Of a DNA stretch of 64,000 nt, positions 39,976 to 50,181 are shown piece by piece. Made by a program: the position numbers and the translations under genes. This DNA comes from Cyanobacteria bacterium P01_A01_bin.123 (GTDB lineage Bacteria > Cyanobacteriota > Cyanobacteriia > Phormidesmidales > Phormidesmidaceae), in NCBI GenBank assembly GCA_039815185.1, contig JBCBZT010000014.1, positions 64,001-128,000 of the forward strand, written 5' to 3'. A model generated the notes under the pieces. The model had not been told where the DNA came from. It ran no database searches and saw only the letters and a list, made by a program, of their open reading frames with translations. Positions within the stretch are counted from its first letter, which is position 1. Every line of letters begins with the position of its first letter.

Positions 39976-40314
39976 CATCGTTATTTTTATACTGGAAATG
40001 TTTAGATCTATGTTCTAGATCTTATGTCTCTTAGAAAGACTGTTTTGCCTGGCTGACGTAAACTTATCGATGTCTATCCCAAAGACGTAATATCAATCCC
40101 TGCCTCTCAAGCAATTGATATCCCAAAATCGGAGCTTAACCCAACTTTAACACTTCACTAAAAAGGTGTCTGAGATAACTTTTTAAAATACGCAGGTTCT
40201 TGGAGTTTTTGATCTGGAGGTTATTCGCAGTTAATCATTCGGATTAAACCTATCATGTCCTCTAAGGGGTGTCTCGCGGTTGATGGTTGTGTGTCTGTAG
40301 TCAGGTTGCTGTAA

Positions 40315-41772
40315 ATGGATAAGTTGAATCTCGACTCTTCTTTAGAGTCTCTGAAACTCTACAACTTTCAAGTTGAAATTGACAATTTAGGGATACTGGC
40401 ATATCAAGCTTTTGAGCAAAACTCTTTGTTGCCTGGGGTGATTTTGACCCGAGCGGGACAGTTCTCAGGGGCAATTTCTCGTCGTCGCTTTTTGGAGATC
40501 GTGAGTCGGGCCTATGGTCGTGAATTGTTCTTGCAGCGATCGCTAGAAGTCTTATACGACTTTATTACGGTTGACCCCTTAGTTTTGCCCATATCGACAC
40601 CGATTATCCAAGCGGCTCAAGGGGCACTTCAGCGTCCGTCAGCATTGCTCAATGAGCCTGTAGTCGTTCAAATGACTGGGGCAATCTATCGGTTAGTTGA
40701 TGCCCATGAATTGTTGACAGCCTATGCAGAAATTTATCAATTGACGGCCCAACTTTTGCAAGAAAAGACTCGAGCTGAGTTGATCAAAACTGAGCGATTG
40801 GCTGGATTGGGCAAGTTGATGGCGGGGGTCGCCCATGAAATTCGTAACCCGGTCAATTTTATTGGGGGTAATCTTAAGCATTTAGCGGAGTACACCGATA
40901 ACTTAATTGGGTTAATTCGCCTGTATGAATCTAACCAATCGGGGGATTTAGGCCGGGTTGAAGCCCTCAAGCAGGAAATTGACTTGGAATTTGTGCTGAC
41001 GGATTTACCCCAGCTTTTGCAGAGCATCGAAATGGGGACGGATCGATTGGGCAATCTGGTCAATGGCGTTAGAGCATTTTCGCGCATGGATGAGCAAGAA
41101 CTACGCCCGGTCGATTTGCATCAGAGTTTAGAGAGTACGCTGTTGATTCTGAATAATCGCCTGAAACAGGGAGTTAACGTTGAGAAGCGCTATGGTGATT
41201 TGCCAATGATTGCAGGCTATTCGGGGCAAATGGGGCAGGTATTTATGAATTTAATTGGCAATGCTGTGGATGCATTGCTGGCCCATGATACTGATTTGAC
41301 TCAAGCCTCAGGGCTAGCTAACCCCTATCCAGAAGGAATTTCGTTAATCTCAACTCCCCTATGGCAACCTTGTATTGATATCGAAACTCAGGTTTTGGAA
41401 ACCATTCCACGCAATCTCCTTGAAACTCATCAGCAGTGGAAGGAAGACCCAGCGAAGACCTGGATATCGATCAAAATCCGCGACAACGGGCCGGGAATTC
41501 CCTTAGAGGTTCAATCCCGGGTATTTGAAGATTTTTTTACGACCAAGCCTGTTGGTCAGGGAACTGGGTTGGGTCTTTCGATCAGTAAGGACATTGTGGA
41601 AAATAGGCATGGTGGTTTTTTGATGCTGCGATCGCCGTGCTTTCCACCTGCTGGCGAGTCTGAGGGCAGTGGAACTGAATTTGAGATTTTGCTGCCTGTG
41701 GTTGGGTTGGCTGACGAAGACAATGAAGACAATTACGATGATGTTTGTGTTGGCGATGCCATATCCCACTAG
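40315..41772 (+). CDS. Cytoplasmic sensor histidine kinase with N-terminal CBS-like domain
   Basis: H-box 'AGVAHEIRNP', N-box 'QVFMNLIGNAVDA', 'DNGPGI', 'FFTTKPVGQGTGLGLS'; no TM. Confidence 0.9.
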   Translation: MDKLNLDSSLESLKLYNFQVEIDNLGILAYQAFEQNSLLPGVILTRAGQFSGAISRRRFLEIVSRAYGRELFLQRSLEVLYDFITVDPLVLPISTPIIQAAQGALQRPSALLNEPVVVQMTGAIYRLVDAHELLTAYAEIYQLTAQLLQEKTRAELIKTERLAGLGKLMAGVAHEIRNPVNFIGGNLKHLAEYTDNLIGLIRLYESNQSGDLGRVEALKQEIDLEFVLTDLPQLLQSIEMGTDRLGNLVNGVRAFSRMDEQELRPVDLHQSLESTLLILNNRLKQGVNVEKRYGDLPMIAGYSGQMGQVFMNLIGNAVDALLAHDTDLTQASGLANPYPEGISLISTPLWQPCIDIETQVLETIPRNLLETHQQWKEDPAKTWISIKIRDNGPGIPLEVQSRVFEDFFTTKPVGQGTGLGLSISKDIVENRHGGFLMLRSPCFPPAGESEGSGTEFEILLPVVGLADEDNEDNYDDVCVGDAISH

Positions 41773-41871
41773 CTCATTGGCATCCGTGTCATCAACCTTT
41801 GCGTCGTGGGGTTATCCCTTACGGGAACCCGGTACAGTAATAGTGCAGCGCTTTCTTGTTTGTCTGAGCCC

Positions 41872-42489
41872 ATGCCGCCCTTGTCCCAGCATGCTATTGT
41901 GCACCAAAGCTTTGCGGTAATTGATCGTGAAATCGGGGCGCATGAGTTGACGCCAAAGGCTTATGCGGTGGTGCGGCGGGTGATTCATTCGACTGCGGAT
42001 TTTGAGTTTAAGCACCTCATCCGGTTTAGCCCAGGCGCGATCGCAGCCGGTATGAATGCCCTACAGCAACAGGTGCCCATCATTACCGATGTGACCATGG
42101 TGCAGCAGGGGATTCAAGGCATGGTGGAGCGGACCTTTCAGAATCCGCTGATTGCCGCGATCGCCCAAGAGATTGAGCCCCAACCGGGGAAAACCCGCAC
42201 GGAGCTAGGGATGCTTAAAAGTTTGGCCCAGTATCCCCAGGCAATTGTGGTGATCGGCAACGCACCAACAGCTCTGCTGGCGCTTTGTGATGCGATCGCG
42301 GCAGGGCAAGCCCATCCATCGCTGGTGATTGGGGCTCCGGTGGGATTTATTGCGGTCGAAGACGCTAAGTGGGCGCTGGCTCAGACGACGGTGCCCCAAA
42401 TTCGAGTTGATGGGCGCAAGGGGGGATCAGGAGTGGCAGCGGCAATGCTGAATGCCCTCATTGTGCTGGCTTGGGAAGCGTTACCGTGA
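41872..42489 (+). CDS. cobH: Precorrin-8X methylmutase
   Basis: 'RRVIHSTADF', 'IGNAPTAL', 'PVGF', 'GRKGGS'. Confidence 0.92.
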   Translation: MPPLSQHAIVHQSFAVIDREIGAHELTPKAYAVVRRVIHSTADFEFKHLIRFSPGAIAAGMNALQQQVPIITDVTMVQQGIQGMVERTFQNPLIAAIAQEIEPQPGKTRTELGMLKSLAQYPQAIVVIGNAPTALLALCDAIAAGQAHPSLVIGAPVGFIAVEDAKWALAQTTVPQIRVDGRKGGSGVAAAMLNALIVLAWEALP

Positions 42490-43793
42490 CGAGTCCAGAT
42501 ACTGCTGGGGCAGAGATTCAAGAACAGCCTCTAATTCAAGTGGTTGGTATTGGCCTAGACGGGGCGGCAGGCTTAGCTCCGGCTCGGATAGCGCAAATTC
42601 AACAGGCGCAGGTGTTGATCGGCAGCGATCGCCATTTGGCCTATTTCCCTAATTATCCGGGTCAAATCTGGTCTTTGGGTGTCTTTCAAGCCACTATTAG
42701 CAAACTCCGACAACATTTGGAACACTACCCCCAGCACCGCGTAGTAATCCTGACCTCAGGAGACCCGCTGTTTTTTGGGCTAGGTCGGTTGCTACTGGCA
42801 GAGTTACCCCAGGACTGGCTGCACTTTTATCCCCATCCCAGTTCGATACAGCTGGCCTTTAGTCGGCTAAAGTTACCTTGGCAAGATGCCCGATTGCTCA
42901 GCGCCCATGGCCGTTCTCTGGATACGCTGACTGAAGCCCTACAACAAGGGGCAGACAAAATCGCGGTGTTGACAGATTCGACCCATTCGCCTGCGGCTAT
43001 TGCCCGATTGCTTGATTCATTGCAGTTATCTGTCATCTACCAACTTTGGGTCTGTGAAAACTTAGGAGATGCAACAGAGCAAATTCGTCAGTTTTCCCCA
43101 AATACCCTACCCGACGCAGACTTTGCGTCATTGAATGTTGTAGTGCTAGTGCGCCAGGAGGGGGAAATGCGTCCCTTAGAGTCGGGCAGCCTACCACCAT
43201 TCGGTCTCAGTGATGACTGTTTCCTCAGCTTTCCCGATCGCCCTGGACTGATGACCAAGCGGGAAGTCCGGATTTTAGCCCTAGCTGAACTAGCTTTACT
43301 GCCGGGACAAATCGTGTGGGATGTGGGTGCAGGTACGGGATCCGTGAGTCTCGAACTGGCACGGCTGCAGCCCACTGCTACCCTTTACGCTATCGAAAAA
43401 ACAGCCATGGGCGCTAGCTTAATTCAGCAAAACTGCGATCGCTTTGGTATTCCCACTATTCAAATTATTCAAGGCAAAGCCCCCGCCGCCCTAGCCCCCC
43501 TACCTTATCCCGATCGCGTCTTCATTGGCGGCAGTAGCGGCACCATGACTGAGTTGCTAACCCTTTGCTGCGATCGCTTGCGTCCCAGTGGGCGGATTGT
43601 CGCCGCGATCGCCACCCTCGAAACCCTCGCAGAAGTGACCCAATGGCTACGGGGGCTATCTGAGCAGGCCTGGACTTACCGCCTACTTCAAGTGCAGCTC
43701 AGTCGCTCAGTTGCCGTCGGCCCCTTAACCCGGTTTTCGCCCTTAAACCCGGTAACGTTAGTGACACTGTGCCGACAATCAGGAAGTGGATAG
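42486..43793 (+). CDS. cbiET: Bifunctional precorrin-6Y C5,15-methyltransferase CbiE/CbiT
   Basis: 'VVGIGLDG', 'SGDPLFFGLG', 'MTKREVR', 'WDVGAGTGSV', 'VFIGGS'; GTG start overlaps the cobH stop. Confidence 0.92.
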   Translation: MTSPDTAGAEIQEQPLIQVVGIGLDGAAGLAPARIAQIQQAQVLIGSDRHLAYFPNYPGQIWSLGVFQATISKLRQHLEHYPQHRVVILTSGDPLFFGLGRLLLAELPQDWLHFYPHPSSIQLAFSRLKLPWQDARLLSAHGRSLDTLTEALQQGADKIAVLTDSTHSPAAIARLLDSLQLSVIYQLWVCENLGDATEQIRQFSPNTLPDADFASLNVVVLVRQEGEMRPLESGSLPPFGLSDDCFLSFPDRPGLMTKREVRILALAELALLPGQIVWDVGAGTGSVSLELARLQPTATLYAIEKTAMGASLIQQNCDRFGIPTIQIIQGKAPAALAPLPYPDRVFIGGSSGTMTELLTLCCDRLRPSGRIVAAIATLETLAEVTQWLRGLSEQAWTYRLLQVQLSRSVAVGPLTRFSPLNPVTLVTLCRQSGSG

Positions 43794-43818
43794 GGCGTGC
43801 TAAGTGTTAGGCACTCAG

Positions 43819-43853
43819 CAAAATCCAAAATCCAAAATCTAAAGTCTAAAGTC
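43819..43853. repeat. Heptamer tandem repeat (STRR-like)
   Basis: (CAAAATC)3(TAAAGTC)2 between convergent genes. Confidence 0.7.
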
Positions 43854-43860
43854 CCCACCC

Positions 43861-44682
43861 TTATCCTCTCCGCTGATAAGCCCGGATTGCCAAGCTACTA
43901 AACACAGCCGTAATTGCTCCGCTCCACAACAGCGTTGCTAGGGCGTGAGACACAACCTCACCGCCTGAGGCTAGACCTCTGAGCGCTTGGGCGGCTGAGG
44001 AAACGGGATTGATGGCGACAAACCCCTGAAGCCAGTCAGGAAAGCCTTCTTTCGGCACGTAGCCAACACTAAGAAAGGTCATCGGTAGCAACCACGGCGT
44101 CATGGAAACTTGGATCGACTCGGCAGACCCCGCTCGAACGGCAATGAAGACGGCAATCCAAGCGAAGGATGAGGTGAAAATAACGGTGAGTAGCAAAAAT
44201 GAGATCGCGCCCAACACCCCTGTCTGAAACCGAAAGCCCAGCAAATGGCCGATCAGCACAATGATGATCACCTGGGCCAGCAGTCGTCCAGCACCGCCCA
44301 AAATGCGGGCGGCTAGGGCCGCAGACCGGGCAATCGGCATCGCTCGAAGCCGAGTATCCATGCCGCTCTTGAGATCATGGTAAAGGGCCGTACCCACACT
44401 AACGGTGCTAAACAACAACCCTTGCACGACGCTCAGGGGCACCAAAAATTGGGCGTACTCAGCATAGCTGCCCTCGGGCAATACCACTCGGGCAAAACTG
44501 GCGGTAAAAATCACCATTAACGATACGGGAAATGCCGTTGCGCCGACGAGCACGGCTGGACTGCGGGCATCTAATAGCAGATTACGCTGGGTCACAACCC
44601 AAATATCGTGCAGGGTGCGCCCCAGGCCCCCTTCTTGGCGAGCCGCCACTCGTTCAGCAGCCTTAGCCGCAAGATTTTCCAT
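43861..44682 (-). CDS. ABC-2 permease (DrrB/DrrC-like)
   Basis: 'D...G...RLRAMPIAR', 'FPDWLQGFVAINPVS'; start reassigned to ATG 44682 to avoid overlap. Confidence 0.85.
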   Translation of the reverse strand: MENLAAKAAERVAARQEGGLGRTLHDIWVVTQRNLLLDARSPAVLVGATAFPVSLMVIFTASFARVVLPEGSYAEYAQFLVPLSVVQGLLFSTVSVGTALYHDLKSGMDTRLRAMPIARSAALAARILGGAGRLLAQVIIIVLIGHLLGFRFQTGVLGAISFLLLTVIFTSSFAWIAVFIAVRAGSAESIQVSMTPWLLPMTFLSVGYVPKEGFPDWLQGFVAINPVSSAAQALRGLASGGEVVSHALATLLWSGAITAVFSSLAIRAYQRRG

Positions 44683-44693
44683 AGATAAACCCC

Positions 44694-45515
44694 TCAAGAG
44701 ACTTGGCGATAGAGACGCAGTGCGATCGCGCTCAGCAGTAGCAACAATCCCACCAGCCATCCCACCGCCCACAGGGCCGGAACCAGTAAGTCTGTGCCAT
44801 TTGCCAAGGCTCGCAAGGCATCTGCCGTCCGACTTACGGGTTGCAGCGATACCACAGGTTGCAACCACACCGGGAAATTATCTGCCGGACTAAACCCCGT
44901 ACTTAACAGCAACAGTGGCGTGTAGGGCACAATCAACAACGCATTCACTAACGCGGGCTGTCGCAACTTCAGCGCAAATACGGCATAGCCCATCACCATC
45001 GTTGCCGTAAACAACAGCGTCAGCGCAAAGTAACCCAAAATGGACAAGATGCCCGTCTGGAAGCGAAACCCATAGACATGGGCAAATGTCAGCAAAATCG
45101 CTGTGGCGATCACTGCTCGCACCAAATAAGCCAGCACCAATCCCCCCAATATGGCTATCCGCGAAATTGGCATAGCTCGACACCGCTGCACCATGCCACT
45201 TTCCATATCGTTAGCCAAGGCCACCGCTGCCCCCATGGCCGCAAAAAACATGGCTTGGAGGGTAATAATCGGTAGCAAATACTGCACATAATCAATCCCC
45301 TGTCCTGCCATCAATCGCTGAAACGAAAGTAAAAAGCCACTCAGAAAAATAACGGGAAACAGCACCACCGATACAATTACCGCGGGTAACCGACTCAGAC
45401 GAATCAAATTGCGCCACGTAATCGTCAAACTATCTGCGATCGCCCGATCAATGCCCGCCTCACGACGTTGGGCAATTAGGGTTTGGGCTTTGGTTTGGAG
45501 GGTTGGGGAAAGCAT
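44694..45515 (-). CDS. ABC-2 permease (DrrB-like)
   Basis: 'DMESGMVQRCRAMPISR', 'FPVWLQPVVSLQPVS'. Confidence 0.85.
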   Translation of the reverse strand: MLSPTLQTKAQTLIAQRREAGIDRAIADSLTITWRNLIRLSRLPAVIVSVVLFPVIFLSGFLLSFQRLMAGQGIDYVQYLLPIITLQAMFFAAMGAAVALANDMESGMVQRCRAMPISRIAILGGLVLAYLVRAVIATAILLTFAHVYGFRFQTGILSILGYFALTLLFTATMVMGYAVFALKLRQPALVNALLIVPYTPLLLLSTGFSPADNFPVWLQPVVSLQPVSRTADALRALANGTDLLVPALWAVGWLVGLLLLLSAIALRLYRQVS

Positions 45516-45517
45516 CG

Positions 45518-46453
45518 TTAATGACCCGTCGTATGCCCTGTCAACGCAAAAAATACATCGTCTAAGCTGGGGCGGCGGAGGGAGATGTCAGCTAGCACAA
45601 TGCCAGCGGTGTCCATTCGGCGTAGGACTTCCGTCAGGGTAGTGACGCCATCTGGGGCGGCGATCGCAAAGGCATCTCCTTCGGCACACACATCTCCTAG
45701 CCCCGTCAGGGCTTGGTGCATTTGGGCTTGGTCGCGGGGGTTAGCAAGGCGCAGTTCACAAAATGTGCCACCGACTTTGTCTTTGAGGTTATCGGCAGTG
45801 CCTTCGGCAATCACGGTGCCTCGGTCGATTACCACGATTCGATCGGCAAGTTCGTCGGCTTCTTCGAGGTACTGAGTGGTGAGCACAATCGTGATGCCTT
45901 GGGCTTTTAGATCGCGCACCACATCCCAAAGCTGCTGACGACTGCGGGGATCAAGTCCGGTAGTGGGTTCGTCGAGGAACAGTACTAGGGGTTCGGCGAC
46001 GATGCTGGCCGCTAAATCTAATCGTCGTCGCATGCCGCCCGAAAATTCTTTGACCTGACGGTTAGCTGCGGACAATAGATCAAACTGCTCTAGTAATTCT
46101 GTGGCGCGCTTTTTGGCTTGTTCGGTGGAAAGGCGCAGCAAGCGACCAAACAAAATCAGGTTTTCACGGGCAGTGAGTTCTTCATCGACAGCGGCGAACT
46201 GCCCAGTTAGGCTAATTAACGCCCTTACTGCGGCGGCTTGGGTGACGACGTCATACCCTGCGATCGCGGCCTTACCGCCATCGGGTTTAAGCAGCGTTGT
46301 CAGGCAATTAATCGTCGTGGTTTTGCCTGCCCCATTTGGCCCCAGCACGCCCAAGATTGACCCTGCCGGTACCTTGAGGTCAACGCTTTGCAACGCCACG
46401 GTTTTGCCAAACCGTTTGTGCAACCCTTCTACCGCCACCATGACATCGGTCAT
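45518..46453 (-). CDS. drrA: ABC ATP-binding protein, DrrA family
   Basis: GPNGAGKT, 'GQFAAVDEELTARENL', FSGGMRRRLD, 'LDEPTTGLDP', 'RPSLDDVF'. Confidence 0.88.
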   Translation of the reverse strand: MTDVMVAVEGLHKRFGKTVALQSVDLKVPAGSILGVLGPNGAGKTTTINCLTTLLKPDGGKAAIAGYDVVTQAAAVRALISLTGQFAAVDEELTARENLILFGRLLRLSTEQAKKRATELLEQFDLLSAANRQVKEFSGGMRRRLDLAASIVAEPLVLFLDEPTTGLDPRSRQQLWDVVRDLKAQGITIVLTTQYLEEADELADRIVVIDRGTVIAEGTADNLKDKVGGTFCELRLANPRDQAQMHQALTGLGDVCAEGDAFAIAAPDGVTTLTEVLRRMDTAGIVLADISLRRPSLDDVFFALTGHTTGH

Positions 46454-46569
46454 CTTTACCTACCCACTCATATTTATGCAGCCACCATACTTCTACAGTA
46501 ACCACATCTGATTTGAAGACCTGCGTTTTTAGCCCAGGGAAAACCTAGGGTTCTGGTTATGAACCAGGT

Positions 46570-47265
46570 TTATGCAGCAGTCAGTTCGTCTAATTTGGCC
46601 CTAACCGCTTGAATGTCTTGCCACATCAGCCATTTAGGCTTGCCTTTTTCGCGGGAGGGGTTCCGTAAGAGATAGGCGGGGTGAAAGATAGGCATGCATA
46701 GGTGACCTTCCCATTCGAGCCACTGACCCCGGATTTTGGTAATTCCTCGCTTTTCTCCAGTTACCCCTTTCATGGCTGTTGCCCCAGTCAACAAAATGAT
46801 TTTGGGGTCAGCTAAGCGAATTTGTTCTAGCAGGTAGGGACGACAGGCATTGACCTCGTCTGGGGTGGGGGCACGATTCCCGGGTGGGCGACACTTGACC
46901 ACATTACAGATGTACACATCCTTTTCGGGGTCTAACCGCACCGAGGCCAAAATCTTTTCTAGCAACTGTCCTGATTTGCCGACGAAAGGGAGTCCCTGCT
47001 CATCTTCATTTTGCCCGGGCCCTTCACCAATGATCAAAATGGGGGCAGACGGATTACCCCGACCGACCACCACATTAGTTCGCCCGGCTGCAAGACCGCA
47101 GCGTTGACATTGCTTGCACGGTACAGAGAGCGCCTCCATAGAGCCAAAAGTTCCCGGTGGAATGGGCACCGCTGCACTTGTGGGAATTAATGCTGGATCA
47201 ACCGTTTCAGTTGATGCAGAGGGGGCAGGATCTGCTGCAAATAGCCCCATTTGCTCGTCAGCCAT
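46570..47265 (-). CDS. udg: Uracil-DNA glycosylase, family 4 (Fe-S)
   Basis: 'CQRC', 'IGEGPG', 'PFVG', 'NVVKCRPP', 'HPAYLLR'. Confidence 0.92.
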   Translation of the reverse strand: MADEQMGLFAADPAPSASTETVDPALIPTSAAVPIPPGTFGSMEALSVPCKQCQRCGLAAGRTNVVVGRGNPSAPILIIGEGPGQNEDEQGLPFVGKSGQLLEKILASVRLDPEKDVYICNVVKCRPPGNRAPTPDEVNACRPYLLEQIRLADPKIILLTGATAMKGVTGEKRGITKIRGQWLEWEGHLCMPIFHPAYLLRNPSREKGKPKWLMWQDIQAVRAKLDELTAA

Positions 47266-47498
47266 GAATTTCTCGTGGTTGCATCACACAGCCCGTATTG
47301 TAAACGGAAAGTTCGAAGCACCTGATATTTTTGTGAACCCGACTCAATCATGTTTGAGATCATCCCCTTACCTTAGAAGGGGGTGATAGAATCACTCACA
47401 ATACTTGTGGATTGCGGGTATCTGTAAAATCCGCGCGTGTGGATGATTTTTTGGTGTTGAGTGATACGTCTTTAAGTTCTGAGGAGTGAATAAAACCT

Positions 47499-48428
47499 AT
47501 GGCTTCTATTCAGCGGGTCTCCGTACTCTCTGGTTTCGCTGCAGCTGCAGCCCTTGCTGGTGCATTGCCTGGACATGCTTCCGAGATAGCGATCGCGGCA
47601 AATGCTTTTGATGCTAATGCAAATGTGGCGAGTCAACCGCTAACGTTAGATGATCTCTCTGCAGCCTCTCTTGAGGGCGTACAGTTTGCCGATCAGACGT
47701 TGGGGCTTGACACGACCGTTACTGAACTGCCCGTATCTGAGGAAGCTGAGGTGACGGCAGACACCACAGCGATCGAACAACTAGATGCTGATACCGTTGG
47801 AGTCGAAACTGAAGCCGTTGAGACTGAGGCTGAGGCTGAAGTTGCTGAAATAGACTCTGAGCCTGTGGCTGATGCCTTAGTACACGATGAAGCTGTTACG
47901 ACGTCGGCTTCTTTGCTTTTACAATCTGACGAAATATTGGCTTTGATCGAAACCCCTGCCGCTGATCGTGAAGCTGCAGATGGGCCTGAGGTTTTGGCTC
48001 AATCCACAGCACCTCTATATCGGGGCATTGCACCAGCCTACTTAGGTGTGGGTGGCAACATTGGGATTATTGATTCTGATGAAAGCGGTACCGGCGATTT
48101 CGCTTTTAGCTTGTTTGGCAAGGTTTCCTTAGGTCCCCGGTTTTCGGTTCGTCCTGCCTTGTTTGTTAGCGAAGACGACACGTCCCTAGCCATTCCGATC
48201 ACGTTCAATTTCAGTCCTTTGCAGCTATATGGTTTCACTGTTGCGCCTTTTGTGGGTGGTGGAGTTGACATCAGTGGCGACACGGGTGCTTTGGTCAACG
48301 CAGGGATTGATGTTCCCATTTCCCAACAGTTTACGTTGACGGCTCAGGGTAACTTCCGCGTCACCGGTGATTCTGGTTTGGGGCTCTTGCTAGGGGTGGC
48401 TTACAACATTCCGTTGTTCTTTGAATAA
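47499..48428 (+). CDS. Exported protein with an acidic low-complexity N-region and a probable C-terminal outer-membrane beta-barrel
   Basis: Signal peptide, E/A/T-rich stretch, amphipathic strands 'YLGVGGNIG', 'APFVGGGV', 'LGVAYN'. Confidence 0.65.
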   Translation: MASIQRVSVLSGFAAAAALAGALPGHASEIAIAANAFDANANVASQPLTLDDLSAASLEGVQFADQTLGLDTTVTELPVSEEAEVTADTTAIEQLDADTVGVETEAVETEAEAEVAEIDSEPVADALVHDEAVTTSASLLLQSDEILALIETPAADREAADGPEVLAQSTAPLYRGIAPAYLGVGGNIGIIDSDESGTGDFAFSLFGKVSLGPRFSVRPALFVSEDDTSLAIPITFNFSPLQLYGFTVAPFVGGGVDISGDTGALVNAGIDVPISQQFTLTAQGNFRVTGDSGLGLLLGVAYNIPLFFE

Positions 48429-48524
48429 AACTACCAGATGGAACTAATGGCTTAAATGAATTGGCATTGAGTGGTTTGCTCTAATGGCAATGTTCTTAAA
48501 TGGCAATGTTCTTAAGGGAGTACG

Positions 48525-48551
48525 AAAGGGACGCGACGCGTCCCTTTTTTT
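48525..48551 (+). terminator. Rho-independent terminator
   Basis: AAAGGGACGCG-A-CGCGTCCC followed by T7. Confidence 0.8.
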
Positions 48552-48593
48552 GGGGAACCCTAAGCCCGGCGTTCAACGCGCAAGGGTGCTTCT

Positions 48594-50042
48594 GTGCAAT
48601 CAACACCATCTGACTGGCAGCAAGTTGAGGCTGTCTTCCAACGCATTTGGGGCTATAACCGCTTTCGCCCACCCCAAGGAGAAATTGTGCAAACCCTGCT
48701 TCAGGGAAGCGATGCGTTGGTGATTATGCCCACGGGTGGCGGTAAATCTATCTGCTTTCAACTGCCGGCTCTGCTGCAGCGAGGACTGACCCTGGTGATT
48801 TCGCCGCTAGTGGCGCTGATGGAAAACCAGGTTAGCGAACTCCACGACCGCAATCTGCCTGCGGCTACCCTCCACAATGAACTGCCTAGCCGCCAGCGAC
48901 GGCAGGTTATGGCTGATCTAGAACAACAGCGGTTGCGGTTGCTTTATTTATCACCAGAAACGTTGCTAAGTCTGCCTGTGTGGCAGCGGTTATGTAACCC
49001 GGCGCTGAAACTTAATGGTTTGGTACTTGATGAAGCCCATTGTTTGGTGCAGTGGGGCGAAACCTTTCGTCCGGCTTATCAGCGGTTGGGTGCAGTGCGG
49101 CAAGCGCTGCTTCGGGTGAGGGGAGAAGGGGCCGCGATCGCGATCGCGGCCTTTACCGCTACTGCTGATCCCACAGCCCAACGTTGTTTGAAAACGACGC
49201 TGCAATTGCACCAGCCCCAAGTGGTGCGGCTTAGCCCCTATCGAGCCAATTTAGATCTGAGTGTGCAACAGGTTTGGACGCTTCGGGGGCGTCAGCAACG
49301 GGTACTCAGCACTATTCAGGCTCAAGGGAGCTCGGCAGGGCTGGTGTATGTGCGCACACGGCGGGACAGTGAAGCGCTAGCCCAATGGCTGAAACAGCAG
49401 GGGTTTCGCTGTGCAGCCTACCATGCGGGACTCACGCCTCAAGAACGGCGGCGACTCGAAGGAGACTGGATTCAAGACCGATTACAGTTTGTGGTGTCTA
49501 CCTCTGCCTTTGGCATGGGGATCAACAAATCGGCAGTGCGCTGGGTGATCCATTACCACGCCCCAACGCTGCTGAGTGAGTATGTGCAGGAGGTCGGACG
49601 TGCCGGACGCGATGGTAAACCTGCCTGTGCCCTGACTTTGGTCAGCGAACCCACGGGATGGCTGGATGGCACTGACAAACAGCGAGCCAGTTATTTCCAG
49701 CAACGTCACCAAAAGCTGAAGCAGCAAGCTCAGCAGATTGCCCGTCAAATTCCTGCTGAGGGGACGGTGGCAGCGGTGAGTCGGCAGTTTAAACAGGGGG
49801 CGATCGCGTTGGCTCACCTCCACCGTTTAGGCCAGCTACAGTGGATTGATCCCTTTAACTATCGTTTGGTCAGCGGGGTGAGTAAACCGCTGTCTCCAGA
49901 GAATAACTCCAGCCAAACGATGCGTCACTATCTCTACAGTCGTCAGTGTCGCTGGCAGACATTGCTTGACCAGTTTGGGTTTCGCGCCGATGCCCAGCGA
50001 CTCCAGCGGTGTGGACACTGCGATAATTGTCAGCGGTCTTAG
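48594..50042 (+). CDS. recQ: RecQ-family DNA helicase (short form, no HRDC)
   Basis: 'MPTGGGKS', 'DEAHC', 'TATA', 'AFGMGI', 'QEVGRAGRDG', Zn site 'CGHCDNC'. Confidence 0.92.
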   Translation: MQSTPSDWQQVEAVFQRIWGYNRFRPPQGEIVQTLLQGSDALVIMPTGGGKSICFQLPALLQRGLTLVISPLVALMENQVSELHDRNLPAATLHNELPSRQRRQVMADLEQQRLRLLYLSPETLLSLPVWQRLCNPALKLNGLVLDEAHCLVQWGETFRPAYQRLGAVRQALLRVRGEGAAIAIAAFTATADPTAQRCLKTTLQLHQPQVVRLSPYRANLDLSVQQVWTLRGRQQRVLSTIQAQGSSAGLVYVRTRRDSEALAQWLKQQGFRCAAYHAGLTPQERRRLEGDWIQDRLQFVVSTSAFGMGINKSAVRWVIHYHAPTLLSEYVQEVGRAGRDGKPACALTLVSEPTGWLDGTDKQRASYFQQRHQKLKQQAQQIARQIPAEGTVAAVSRQFKQGAIALAHLHRLGQLQWIDPFNYRLVSGVSKPLSPENNSSQTMRHYLYSRQCRWQTLLDQFGFRADAQRLQRCGHCDNCQRS

Positions 50043-50181
50043 ATATTGATTGTCGGTATCATGCTTAACGGGCATGGGGCTAATTCAGTTACCCTTAGTG
50101 CAGACCCAAAAAATCCTTGCAAAATTCGATCTCTACCTAACTTCAGCAGTAAGGTGGAGGCCAACAGTGGATAGGAGGTCT

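Noticed and set aside
44683..44868. N-terminal extension of the 335-aa permease ORF
   Set aside because: Overlaps the upstream permease; ATG 44682 gives a 273-aa protein matching its paralogue
50050..50181. N-terminal extension of adk
   Set aside because: AGGAGG RBS and homology begin at ATG 50182
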